A stretch of DNA of 64,000 nucleotides, from assembly GCA_900617105.1 (NCBI GenBank), contig UYFQ01000260.1, positions 62,001-126,000 of the forward strand, read 5' to 3'. The stretch is from Hydrurus foetidus (taxonomy: Eukaryota). Position 1 is the stretch's first letter. Each line of letters opens with the position of its first letter. A model generated the notes under the pieces. That model worked only from the letters and a program-made list of their open reading frames with translations, was not told the DNA's origin and searched no databases. Positions 33,185 through 44,110 of this stretch are shown piece after piece. The translations under genes and the position numbers were made by a program.

Positions 33185-34237
33185 AGTTCCGGCTATTCAT
33201 CAGCGGCTGGATCTTCGTCCCGAAGTTCTCCACCCCCTCGACGAAGTCATCGAAGGTCAGCAGCACCCCGGCCGTGCCCGGCACCGCCGCCACCTCGTCC
33301 AACATCCGCGCCACGCTCTCATAGGACCCCACCAGGGTGCCCATGTTGAGGTTCACGGCCGACCTGGGGCCGCCAGCTGGGCGGTGGTGGTCGCGCCGGC
33401 CGCTGCATTGGGGCCGCCTGCTGGGTCAGCCAGGCCAGGGCCTCCTGGTCGGCGCCGTCGCGATAGAGCTGCCATTTCGCCATGGCCTTCTCGCCCGGTC
33501 TCGTCGGCGATGATCATGAACAGGATGAAGCTGGCCACGTCGCGACCGGTCTTGTCGGCGGCGGCCTTCAGGCGGTCATTGACCGAGCCGAAGGCGGTCG
33601 GGGTGTTGGTCCCCTTGCCCAGGGCAAAGCTGTAGTCGGCATATTGCGCCGTGAAGGCCAGGCCCTCGTTGGACGAGCCGGCGCAGATCAGCTTGGTCTC
33701 TTTCGGATGCGGACTGACCCGGCAGTCGTCCATCTGGAAGTACAGGCCCTTGAAGTCGCTGACCCCGGTCTCCAGCAGGTCCTTCAGCACGGTCGTGTAT
33801 TCGGTCAGATAGTTGTAGCGATCGGTATAGTGCGCCTCGCCCGGCCACAGGCCCATCTGGCTGTATTCGGCCTTCTGCCAGCCGGTCACCAGGTTCAGGC
33901 CAAAGCGCCCCGGGGCGATGGAGTCGATGGTCGAGGCCATCCGCGCGGCGATGGCCGGCGGGATGGTCAAGGTGGCGACGGTGGCGAAGATCTTGATCTT
34001 CGACGTCACGGCCGCCAGGCCCGCCATCAGGGTGAAGCTTTCGAGGTTGTGCTCCCAGAACTGCGTCTTGCCCCCGAACCCGCGCAGCTTGATCATCGAC
34101 AGCGCGAAGTCGAAACCATAGGTCTCGGCCTTCTGGACGATGGTCTTGTTCAGCTCGAAGCTGGGCATGTACTGCGGCGAAGTCTCCGAGATGAGCCAGC
34201 CGTTATTGCCGATGGGGATGAAGACGCCGACCTGCAT
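33183..34237 (-). CDS. rutA: Pyrimidine monooxygenase; 3' frameshifts
   Basis: [35 protein letters not shown]. Confidence 0.95.
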
Positions 34238-34302
34238 GGGGGTGTGTCCTGTTCTAGATCTGTTGGTCGCGGGTTAGGCGCGAATGATCGTGTGTTCGCC
34301 GG

Positions 34303-34461
34303 CGCCGGACGCCCCCTCCGTCACGTCGCCTATCGCGCCGCGCCACCTCCCCCGCTTTGCGGGGCAGGAGGGTGCAGCTGTTCTTCTCCTGCCCCGTAGC
34401 GAAGCGTGCGGGGGAGGTGGCGCGATGCGAATACGCATCGTGACGGAGGGGGCGTCCGGCG
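34303..34461. repeat. 159 bp palindromic element between rutD and rutA
   Basis: 23 bp perfect arms CGCCGGACGCCCCCTCCGTCACG, plus inner stems. Confidence 0.9.
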
Positions 34462-34475
34462 TTTGAAGAGAGCGC

Positions 34476-35272
34476 TCATTCCCCCTCAAGAAAGCCCAGC
34501 AAGGCCGCATTGAACGTCTCCGGATCGGTCACCGTGAACCCGTGCCCGCCCCAGGGCGCGACCTCCAGCTGGCCGTTGGGCAGGCCCTCGGCCAGACGCA
34601 TGGAGCAGCCGACCGGCACCAGCATGTCATCGGCGCTGGCGCTGACCAGCACGGGGTGGAGGATCTCGCCCAGCCGGTCGTCGATGTCGAACGCCAGCAG
34701 GGCCTGGATGCGGGCCAGCACCACGTCCCGGGCGGGAAGCTGGCGACGTGGTGCGGCTCCTCGGCCTGCAGCCGGTCGTGGTTCTCCGACAGCCAGCTGG
34801 CCGGATAGAGGAAGATCGGCTGAGCGTGGACATAGGCCTGCACCCCGCTGTCGTTCAGCAGGTGGATCCGGGTGTCGAAACAGCGCTGGATATGCGGATC
34901 GGGTCGCGACCAGCCATTGACCACCACCAGCTTGGCCAGCCGATCGGGATGGGAGAGCGCCAGGGCCAGCCCCGCCGCCGCCGGCGGCGTGACCGACGAC
35001 ATGGGCGCGGGCCAGGCCCAGGGCGTCCATGACCTTGACGATGTCGTCGGCCATGGCCTGCACCGAATGCGGCTGGTCAGCTCGCGAACGCTGCGGCCCG
35101 TGCCCCGGTGGTCGTAGAGGACGACCGGAAACTTCGCGGTCAGGGCGTCCATCTGCGGCGCCCAGAACGCCCCCGAGCCGCCCAGGCCCGACGACAGGAT
35201 CACCGCCGTGCGGCCAGCCACGGGGCCGCCGTGCAGTTCATAGTGCAGGCCGTCGACGGTTCCCGAGGTCAT
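34476..35272 (-). CDS. rutD: Aminoacrylate/carbamate hydrolase, frameshifted
   Basis: [36 protein letters not shown]. Confidence 0.9.
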
Positions 35273-35277
35273 GCGGC

Positions 35278-35667
35278 TTAGCGCTTGCCGATGTGGGCGA
35301 CGGTGGCGATCTCGACCAGGAAATCGGGCCGCACCAGGCCGCACTGGATGCAGTAGCGGGCCGGTTTCTCGCCGGGGAAGTACTCGGCATAGACCTTGTT
35401 GATGGTCTGATAGTCGGCCCAGTCCTTGAGGGAAGATGTGGTTCATGGTCACGTCCTCCATCGTGCCGCCGGCGGTTTCGATGACCGACTTGATGGTCTC
35501 CAGGACCTGCCGGGTCTGGGCCTCGGCGTCGCCGACATGGGCGACATTGTTGTCCTTGTCGAGGCCAGTGCCTGAGACATAGACCACCCGTCGGCCAGGG
35601 TTCCGGGCGCGAAGAACGGGCGATGAAGCGTGCCCGTGCCGGGCGGGATGATGACGGTCTGGGTATG
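35278..35667 (-). CDS. rutC: Rid family aminoacrylate deaminase, frameshifted; start garbled
   Basis: [35 protein letters not shown] across frames. Confidence 0.85.
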
Positions 35668-35676
35668 TTCTTCCTC

Positions 35677-36415
35677 TAGATTTTCGGCGCCTAACTGTCC
35701 AAACGCCCTTGAAATCCGCCGTCGTCGAGACCCAGCCGAAGAAGGTCTCGATGTTGAACAGCGCTGCCTTCTGCACGTAGTCGGGACCCGCCTGGTGGGT
35801 CGCGTCCTCCAGCACCGTGCCGAAATATTCCAGCATGAAGCCGTCCCTCAGGGTCGACTCCACGCACACATTGGTGGCGATGCCGACGAACACCAGATGC
35901 CGGATGCCGCGCGCCCGCAGCACGCTGTCCAGCTGGCTGTTGAAGAAGCCGCTATAGCGGGTCTTGTGCAGGCGGATATCGCCGGGCTCGGGCGTCAGGG
36001 CGTCGACCAGCTCATAGTCCCACTGGCCACGCGCCAGCAGCTTGCCCTGCAGTTCGGGCCGGGCGCGCATGGTCTTCAGGGCGTTGGATTTCCACCAGTT
36101 GGGCGAACCGGGACCGCCGGCCTCGACATACTGATCGTCCCAGCCGTTCTGGAAATAGATTACCTGCATGCCGGCCGCGCGGGCCACCGGCAGGACGCCC
36201 TGGATCTGCGTGATCACGGCCGCTGCGCCGCTGATGTCGAACCCGGCCAGGTCCAGATAGCCGCCGGGCGAGGCATAGGCGTTCTGCATGTCGATGACGA
36301 TCACGGCGGTGGTCTTGGGATCCACCGGGATCGGTTCGGGCCGGGCCGGGAGCATGATCGCGCCTTCTGAGAAGGCGGTGATCCGCGCGCCGGCCTTGTC
36401 GGGATCGGAAGCCAT
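35677..36415 (-). CDS. rutB: Ureidoacrylate amidohydrolase (isochorismatase family)
   Basis: [40 protein letters not shown]. Confidence 0.93.
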
Positions 36416-36561
36416 GCCATACCATTCTGAGGGCGCGAGGCGCGCGACGATCGGGCCGTCGATGACGACGACCCGCGCCCGGTTCGTCAAGCCCGTCCAG
36501 GGCCTTTAGCGGTCATGATGGATGATCCGTTCGAAACCTGACCGAAATCCCCGGCGAGGCG

Positions 36562-37318
36562 CTACAGCGACTGCCCGTCATCCACCGTGAACACCCCGCC
36601 GGTGATCGTGGCTGAGGCGTCGGCGCACAGGTGCAGGGCCATGGGGCCAGGTCGCTTTCGGCCATCAGGCGCTTCAGTGGGGACGCCACCAGCTTCTGGC
36701 CGCCTTCCGGTCGAACCAGTCGCTGTTGAGCTCGGTGCGGATATAGCCCGGGCACAGGACGTTGACATTGATGCCCTTGCGCGCCCACTCGCGGGCCAGG
36801 CTCTGCCCATCATCGCCGTGCCGGCCTTGGAGGTGCAATAGGCCGTGAGGCCCGGCAACACCTTGTGCGCCCCGATCGAGGCGACCAGCAGCACCCGGCC
36901 GCGCCCGCTGTCCGCAGAGCCCGCCTTGATCATCCGCCGGGCGCCTTCGCGGGCGGTCAGGAACATGCCGCGGGTATTGACCGCCAGCACCTTGTCGAAG
37001 TCGTCGATGGCGATGTCGAGGGCCGAGCCCTGCATGCTGATCCCGGCATTGGCGACCACGGAATCCACGACCCCCAGCCCCGCCTCGACGGCGTCATAGG
37101 CGGCGATCACCGAGGCCTCGTCCTCGACATCCATGGCCACGGCCAGGGCCTGGCCGCTGGCCGCCTGGATCTGCTCGACCAGGTCCGCCAGACGGTCGGT
37201 GCGCCGGGCAGCCAGGGCGACCTTCGCGCCGGCCCGCGCAGCCGCCAGGGGCAGATGCGCGATGCCGAGGGGCGCCGGTCACCAGCACGGTGCGGCCGGC
37301 AAGGGTCTGGTCGGTCAT
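36562..37318 (-). CDS. SDR family oxidoreductase, frameshifted
   Basis: VLVTGA, ANAG, YCTSK, TVDDGQSL. Confidence 0.88.
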
Positions 37319-37399
37319 GGTCTGGTCTCCCCAAGGTCAGCGGGGGAAGGTGGCGGCGGCAGGGCTGGATGTCGAGGGCGCCGTTGCGTCGGCCGGACT

Positions 37400-39547
37400 C
37401 TAGTAAGGCAGGTCCTCGGGTCCCGGCTGCGTCGGACCCGGCGCCGGATTGGCCACCGCGTCCAGCTCCGCCGCGACCCGGCCAAACTCCGCCGCCAGGG
37501 TCTCGTAGTAGCCGTTGCGCGGGTCAGGCTCGCTCTCCGGGGTCGGATCGGGCAGCAGCCACGGGAAGTCGCGCACAGCGAGGTTCTGGTGGGCGGTGAG
37601 CATGAACCGCCGCCAGATGCTGGCCGGAATATCGCCGCCGACCACCTTGTTCATCGGCTTGTCGTTGTCATTGCCCACCCAGACGCCGGTCACATAGTCG
37701 GGGGTGAAGCCCACGAACCAGGCGTCGCGCCAGTTCTGGCTGGTGCCGGTCTTGCCGGCCGCCGGACGGCCGAAGGCGGCGCGTTTGGCGGTGCCTTCGC
37801 TGACGACCTTTTTCATCATCTTGACCATCATCGAGGACCGGGCGAGGTCATAGACGGCCAGCGGCGTCGGCTGGGGCTGACGGGCGAAAACCGGAGCCCC
37901 GCCCTGGGTGACGATGCTCTCGATCACATAGGGCTCAAGCCGGTTGCCGCCCTGCTGGAACACCTGGAAGGCCGAGGTCAGCTGCAGCAGGCTGACCTCG
38001 TAAGAGCCCAGCGCCACCGACAGATCGGGGCTGGGCGGCAGGGTGGTGATGCCAAAGCGCCGGACCAGCTCGCCGATCGCCGGCCCGCCGGCTTCCTGAC
38101 CCAGCTTTACGGCGATGGTGTTGGTGGAATTGACCAGGGCCTGTTCCACAGTCATCGGACCGCGATAGCCGCCGGCATAGTTTTCCGGCGCCCAGTCGCC
38201 GAACTTCACCGGGGCGTCGACGCGGATGTCGGTCGGCAAAACCCCCTTGTCGAGGGCGGCGGCATAGATGAACGGCTTGAAGGTGGAACCCGGCTGGCGA
38301 CGCGCCTGGACCGCCCGGTTGAAGGGGCTTTCGATATAGTCGGTGCCGCCCACCATGGCCCGGATGGCGCCGTCGGCGGACAGCGACAGCAGGGCCGCCT
38401 GTCCGGCCCCGGCCCGCTCGCCGTCAAAGGCGATGGCCTGGCGCACGGTCTCCGAGCCCAGCCGCAGCAGGGGGTCGATGGTCAGGCGAACCACGAGGTC
38501 GGGCGCGTTCTGGCCGGCGATCCGCACGGCTTCATTGGTGGCGTAGTCCAGCACCCAGCCGTAATTGCCCTCGTCCTGCACGGCCAGCGGCGACAGGCGC
38601 GGGGTGTCGTCCAGCGCCCGGCTTTCCTGCTCGGCGGTGATCCAGCCCTCCTTGCGCATATTGGCCAGGACCAGCCGCGAAGCAGGCCAGGGCCCCGCCT
38701 GTCGCGGGTCAGGGCCAGCGCGACGGCTTTGGGCAGGAGGCGAGCAGGGCGGCTTCCGACAGGTCAGCTGGCTGGCGGGCTTGCCGAAATAGGTGCGGCT
38801 GGCCCCGTCGACGCCAAAGGTGTTGGCCCCGAAGAATACGCGGTTGAGGTACAGTTCCAGCACCTCGTCCTTGGTCAGCACCTTCTCCAGCTCGCGGGCC
38901 ATGACCATTTCCTGCAGCTTGCGCTTGACCGTGCGGTCAGGTGTCAGGAACAGGCCCTTGGCCAGTTGCTGGCTGAGGGTGGAGGCGCCCTGGACGGTGC
39001 GGCCGGCCTTCCAGTTGACGATCGCAGCCCGGCCGATGCCGCGCAGGTCGATCGGGCCGTGCTGGTAGAACCGGCGGTCCTCGGCGGCCATGAAGGCCAG
39101 GGGCACATAGTTGGGCACGGTGGCCAGGGTGATGCGCTGGCCATAGCGCGGACCGCGCGTGGCGATCACCTGGCCGTTCTTGTCCTCAAAGCGGATGCCC
39201 GGGGCGCGGTTGACGGCGAACAGCGCCTCGCGCGTGGGCAGCTTTGGCGTGTCGCGCAGATATTTCCACCACACATAGCCGGCGCCGCCGGCCACGGTCA
39301 GAACGCCCAGCAGCACCCCGACCAGCAGGGTCTTCCAGACCCAGCCAAAGCGTTTGGCCTTTTTGCCGGCCTTGAGGTGGGCCAGATCGGCGCGGAAGGG
39401 TTCTTCGGGTTCGGGTTCGGGCGGCGGTTTGGGCGCGAACGGGTCTTCCGGCGGGGGAGGCGGAGGCGCGCCAAACGACACCTCCGGCCTCTGCGGCGGC
39501 TTGGAGCCTTCTTCGAAACGGTACGGGGGAAGCGTCCAGTCGTTCAC
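37400..39547 (-). CDS. pbpC: Class A penicillin-binding protein, PbpC-like
   Basis: N-terminal MNDWTLPPYRF and Pro-rich tail; EDRRFYQH, GASTLSQQLAK, STFK, KTGT. Confidence 0.85.
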   Translation of the reverse strand: MNDWTLPPYRFEEGSKPPQRPEVSFGAPPPPPPEDPFAPKPPPEPEPEEPFRADLAHLKAGKKAKRFGWVWKTLLVGVLLGVLTVAGGAGYVWWKYLRDTPKLPTREALFAVNRAPGIRFEDKNGQVIATRGPRYGQRITLATVPNYVPLAFMAAEDRRFYQHGPIDLRGIGRAAIVNWKAGRTVQGASTLSQQLAKGLFLTPDRTVKRKLQEMVMARELEKVLTKDEVLELYLNRVFFGANTFGVDGASRTYFGKPASQLTCRKPPCSPPAQSRRAGPDPRQAGPWPASRLVLANMRKEGWITAEQESRALDDTPRLSPLAVQDEGNYGWVLDYATNEAVRIAGQNAPDLVVRLTIDPLLRLGSETVRQAIAFDGERAGAGQAALLSLSADGAIRAMVGGTDYIESPFNRAVQARRQPGSTFKPFIYAAALDKGVLPTDIRVDAPVKFGDWAPENYAGGYRGPMTVEQALVNSTNTIAVKLGQEAGGPAIGELVRRFGITTLPPSPDLSVALGSYEVSLLQLTSAFQVFQQGGNRLEPYVIESIVTQGGAPVFARQPQPTPLAVYDLARSSMMVKMMKKVVSEGTAKRAAFGRPAAGKTGTSQNWRDAWFVGFTPDYVTGVWVGNDNDKPMNKVVGGDIPASIWRRFMLTAHQNLAVRDFPWLLPDPTPESEPDPRNGYYETLAAEFGRVAAELDAVANPAPGPTQPGPEDLPY

Positions 39548-39601
39548 GGTTTCGATACGGCCCTGTTTGGTCTCAGCCTAAATCCGGTTTAGGACGCGCG
39601 C

Positions 39602-40090
39602 ATGATGGTGCGCAAACCTTTCTGGGAGACGAAGTCCCTCCAGCAGATGACCGTCCCCGAGTGGGAGAGTCTATGCGACGGCTGCGGTCTTTGCTGCCTG
39701 GTTCGCTTCGAAGACGAAGATTCCGGCGAGGTCATTCCCACCCGCGTGCACTGCCAGCTGTTCGACGAGCACAAATGCAGCTGCAAGGACTACGCAAACC
39801 GCCGCAAGACGGTGCCCGACTGCATCAAGCTGACCCCGCACAATATCGAGGAGCTGGAGTGGATGCCCCCCTCCTGCGCCTATCGCCGCCTGCACGAGGG
39901 CAAGACCCTGCCCGACTGGCATCCGCTGGTCACCGGCGACCCCGACAGCGCCCACAAGCAGGGCATTTCGGTGCGCGATCAGACCGTCAGCGAGCTGTCG
40001 TTTGAGCACCCCGAGGACGCCATGGACTTCGTGGCCACCGACCTGATGGTGGATCGCGGGGACGAGTATTACGAGCCGGACGAGGGGTAG
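39602..40090 (+). CDS. YcgN family cysteine cluster protein
   Basis: EWESLCDGCGLCC, PDCIKLT, WMPPSCAYR. Confidence 0.9.
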   Translation: MMVRKPFWETKSLQQMTVPEWESLCDGCGLCCLVRFEDEDSGEVIPTRVHCQLFDEHKCSCKDYANRRKTVPDCIKLTPHNIEELEWMPPSCAYRRLHEGKTLPDWHPLVTGDPDSAHKQGISVRDQTVSELSFEHPEDAMDFVATDLMVDRGDEYYEPDEG

Positions 40091-40093
40091 GGG

Positions 40094-40222
40094 TCCCTTC
40101 TCCCCTTGCGGGAGAAGGTGGCGCGCAGCGCCGGATGAGGGGTTGAAAGCCCCTCGAAGAGCCCGTGCGACCCCTCACCCGACCCGCTTCGCGGGCCACC
40201 CTCTCCCGCAAGGGGAGGGGAA
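40094..40222. repeat. Alphaproteobacterial intergenic palindromic repeat
   Basis: CTCCCCTTGCGGGAGA ... TCTCCCGCAAGGGGAG arms. Confidence 0.88.
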
Positions 40223-40319
40223 GGCGTCATCCTCGAAAGTTATCCACAGGCTCTCTAGCCTTTTAGATACCCTAGCTCATGGGCCGCATCTGGCGTGGGG
40301 CGAGTCCGATATACCTGTC

Positions 40320-40451
40320 CGTCATTCCCGCCCTTGTGGCGGGAACCTCTCCATCCGCCGCAGGTGCGGGAGGGGCGAAGTGCGCGCGCACTTCGCTGGC
40401 GCTTCACGTGTCAGCTGAAACAGGGTTTCCCGCCACAAGGGCGGGAATGAC
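40320..40451. repeat. CGTC-tagged REP doublet
   Basis: GTCATTCCCGCCCTTGTGGCGGGAA and its exact reverse complement. Confidence 0.9.
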
Positions 40452-40506
40452 AGGTTGGCCCGACCACGGGGATAGGCTGCCCTCCATCCTCTGCGTTCAG
40501 CAGATC

Positions 40507-40585
40507 GAATCCAGCGAAATCAGAGTCTTGCAACTTTCTCGCACCTCTGGATCAGAGGCGCCCGCTGGTCCCGTATCTTTGTGTC
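40507..40585 (+). promoter_or_regulatory. Putative GTA promoter: IHF site, two GANTC sites, -10 box
   Basis: AATCAGAGTCTTG at 40518-40530 fits WATCARNNNNTTR; TATCTT at 40574-40579, 6 nt before ATG 40586. Confidence 0.55.
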
Positions 40586-41020
40586 ATGGCCCAAAGAAGC
40601 GAGAGAGTTCGGGAGTGGGGCGAGATGCACCAGGACCGGCTCATGAAGAAATGGACGGCGAGTGGGAGATCACCAGGGCTGCGACCGGGGTCCCAGTCGC
40701 CGTGCTGTCAAGCGCAAGGCGGAGACCATGGCGTGCACGCCCGCACCACGCGGTCGATCATGGTGATGATCCCTGAAGACAAGCCCGTCGCCCGAAAACC
40801 CCCAAAGCCGGAGCCGGAACCCGCGCCTGAAGAAGAGGCCCCGATGCATGACGATATTCCCGATGACCCGGCCGAGCTTCAGGCCGCTCTTGTCGCCAAG
40901 ATCAGCGGCGTTGCTGACCTTATCGAGCTCAAGCGCCGCGAGGGGATGCGACCATCATCGAGGCTATCGCGACCCTGGACCACGAGGATCGGCAGGCGGT
41001 CCTCAGCGCCTGTCTGGCTA
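40586..41020 (+). CDS. First GTA gene, probable small terminase; ends approximate
   Basis: Position directly before the large terminase; no motif recognised. Confidence 0.45.
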
Positions 41021-41073
41021 GGGCGTCGCCGCATCAGCAGCAGCCCGAACACACCGACTGGTCCGCGTGGCTG

Positions 41074-42187
41074 ATGCTGGGCGGACGCGGCGCGGGCAAG
41101 ACCTTCGCCGGCGCCCGCTGGATGGTTTGGCAGGCTCTGGCCTATCCCAGCCTGGCCCTGGTCGGCGCCACCCTGCATGACGTGCGCGAGGTGATGGTCG
41201 ACGGACCCTCGGGCCTGCGGGCCATGAGCGGTCCGGCTTTCGCGCCCCGCTGGGAAACGTCCCGCAAGCGACTGCTCTGGCCCAACGGCGCCGTCGCCTA
41301 CGCCTTTTCCGCCGAAGACCCCGACTCCCTGCGCGGTCCGCAGTTCCACGCCGCCTGGGCCGACGAGTTCTGCGCCTGGCCCAAGCCGGCCCAGACCCTG
41401 GCCATGCTGCGGTTTGGCCTGCGGCTGGGGGATGATCCCCGGCTGGTGGTCACCACCACGCCGAGGCCGATCCGGGCGCTGAAGACCCTGATCGCCGAAC
41501 CCGGCGTCGCGGTGACGAGGGCCGGAACGGCGGCCAATGCCGACAACCTGGCGCCGGCGTTCCTGTCCACTCTGGAGGCGCTCTATGGCGGCACCCGCCT
41601 GGCGGCCCAGGAGCTTGACGGCGTCATCGTCGAGGACGAGGGCGGGCTGTTCCGGGCTGAAGACCTGGCCCGCTGCCGGGGCGCCGCGCCGCCGGCCTTC
41701 GACCGGGTGGTGGTGGCGGTCGATCCGCCGGCCACGGCGACCGGGGATGCCTGCGGCATTGTCGTGGTCGGCAAGCGCGACGGCCGCGCCTTCGTGCTGG
41801 CCGACCGCTCGGCCAAGGGCCTGTCGCCCAACGGCTGGGCCCGGCGGGCGGTGGTGGCGGCCCGCGTTCGGCGCTCACGCCCTGGTGGCCGAGGCCAATC
41901 AGGGCGGCGACATGGTCCGCGCGGTGCTGGTCCAGGCCGACCCGCCCTGCGCGGTCAAACTGGTCCGCGCCTCGCTGGGCAAACGCGCCCGCGCCGAGCC
42001 GGTGGCGGCTTTGTACGAGCAGGGCCGCGTCACCCACTGCGGCGCCTTTCCGGCGCTGGAGGAGGAGCTCATGGCGCTGGGGACGGGCGATCTGGGGCAC
42101 AGTCCGGACCGGGCGGATGCGCTGGTCTGGGCGGTGAGTGAGTTGATGCTGGGGAGTTCCCAAAGGCCAAGGCTTCGCAGTCTTTAG
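41074..42187 (+). CDS. GTA large terminase (true start probably upstream; frameshift near 41865)
   Basis: GGRGAGKT Walker A, LRGPQF, WADE, VAVDPP, SPDRADALVW. Confidence 0.95.
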
Positions 42188-42767
42188 GTCCTCCCCCCAG
42201 AGGGGGAGGCGGCCCGAATGGGCCGGAGGGGGAAGTGACCCCACGCCGGCCAACGCCCCCCTCCGTCGCCCCGGATCAGGTCGGGGCGACCCCTCCGCCC
42301 AGGGGAGGAGGGGCCAGCGCCCAGATCGCTCGCGGATGGTTCAAGGCCGTCGTCCGCGGATCGGAGAACTTCGCTGGCCGGGATACGCAGGGTGGTGACG
42401 CCGCGCCCGCCAGACCGCGGTCGGACTGGTCCCGTTCGGGATGATCTTCGGTTTCATGGACCCTGCCATCGACCTCTACGGCCAGCGGCGCTCGCGCAGT
42501 AGAAGTCCAGCACATAGGGACCGAATGGATGCTGGCGGCGAAATTGCAGGCCGCCCAGCCGCCGCCGCGAGCTTCACCACAACAGGATTTCGGGAAGCGC
42601 CAGCGGGGAGCGATCTGGCGCGGGCGATCGGTGGCTCGGGTCTTCGTAAACCCCTCCGTTTTCGTCCTCTCCCTGAGCGATCGCCGATCGGAGGGGGAAG
42701 TGACTGCTGCTCAATGCGGTCTTCCCCCGCCGGCCTCCGGCCGCCTCCCCCTTCAGGGGGAGGACTT
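42188..42767. mobile_element. Composite element: family A repeat, DUF559 gene, family A repeat
   Basis: Outer ends GTCCTCCCCC and GGGGGAGGAC are inverted; repeat modules at about 42188-42311 and 42670-42767. Confidence 0.65.
42315..42650 (-). CDS. DUF559 (Vsr-like) endonuclease, disrupted by error or decay
   Basis: Manual minus-strand reading across frames: LPEILLW, GGLQFRRQHPFGPYVLDFYCAS, LAVEVDGRVH, GVTTLRIPASEV. Confidence 0.85.
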
Positions 42768-42820
42768 GGAAGCGCGCAACCCTAACATGTTCACCATTCG
42801 TTCTCAACCGCGAGGTCCCC

Positions 42821-43962
42821 ATGCCCCTGTTCCGAAAGCCCCGCCCGCCCGAGGTGAAAGACTCCCGCGCCGCCCGGCTGATCGCCCTGACCACGGGCGG
42901 GCGGCCGCAGTGGACGCCGCGCGATTACGCCGCCCTTGCCAGCGAGGGCTTCGCCAAGAACCCCGTCGTTTATCGCTGTGTGCGGATGATCGCCGAGGCC
43001 GCCGCCGCCACGCCGCTGATCGTGTTCCACGACGGTCGGCGCGCGCCCGACCACCCGCTGCAGGCGCTGCTGAAGACGCCCAATCCCGAGCAGGGCGGCC
43101 CTGACCTGATGGAGGCGTTCTTCGGCAACCTGCAGACGGCCGGCAACGCCTATCTGGAAGCGGCCGGCGACGGCGAGGCGCCGGGCGAGCTCTACGCCCT
43201 GCGCCCCGACCGCATGACCCTGGTCCCCGGCCCGCGCGGCTGGCCACTGGCCTATGACTACCAGGCCGGCGGGCAGACGGTGCGCATCGGGCGCGACGCC
43301 GACGGCTGGTTGCCGGTGCTGCACCTGAAGCTGTTCAACCCCACCAGCGACCATTACGGCCTGTCGCCGCTGGAAGCGGCGGCCTTCGCCATCGATGTGC
43401 ACAACGCCTCCAGCGCCTGGAACAAGGCGCTGCTGGACAATTCGGCCCGGCCGTCCGGGGCGCTGGTCTATTCGAACCGTGACGCGGGCGACCGGCTCTC
43501 CGAAGAGCAGTTCGACCGGCTGAAGGCCGAGCTGTCCTCGGTCCATTCGGGGGCGGACAATGCCGGCCGGCCGCTGCTGCTGGAAGGGGGGCTCGACTGG
43601 CGGGCCATGTCGCTGACCCCGGCCGAGATGGACTTCACCGACGGCAAGCACGCCGCCGCCCGCGAGATCGCCCTGGCCTTCAGCCGCCCCAGCTGCTGGG
43701 CATCCCCGGCGACGCCACCTACGCCAACTATCGCGAGGCCAACGCCGCCCTCTGGCGCCACACGGTCGTGCCGCTGGTCGAGCGAGCGGCGCGGGCGATG
43801 ACCGCGTGGCTGGCGGTCAAATTCCCCGATGCGCGGATCGCCCCCGACCTCGACGCCGTGCCGGCCCTGTCGACAGAGCGGGACGCCCTGTGGGCGCGGC
43901 TCGACGCGGCCAGCTTCCTGACGCCGGAGGAGCGGAGAAGGTTGGCGGGGCTGGAGGGCTGA
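42821..43962 (+). CDS. GTA portal protein (HK97 type); frameshift near 43685
   Basis: NPVVYRCVRMIAE, LRPDRM, DHYGLSPLEAA, NSARPSGALVY, NAGRPLLLEGGLDW. Confidence 0.95.
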
Positions 43963-43969
43963 CGCTGCG

Positions 43970-44096
43970 AAAAGTCCTCCCCCTGAAGGGGGAGGCGGCC
44001 CGAAAGGGCCGGAGGGGGAAGTGATCCACCGCCGGCCGACTTCCCCCTCCGTCGCCCCGATGGGGCGACCCCTCCCCCCTCAGGGGGAGGACTTTT
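43970..44096. repeat. Family A palindromic repeat
   Basis: AAAAGTCCTCCCCCTGA ... TCAGGGGGAGGACTTTT terminal inverted repeats. Confidence 0.92.
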
Positions 44097-44110
44097 GAGA
44101 GCTTCCCACC

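Noticed and set aside
34529..36490. RutB-RutC-RutD fusion protein of 653 aa
   Set aside because: The frame drifts in and out of each known protein; indel artefact with separate starts and stops recognisable
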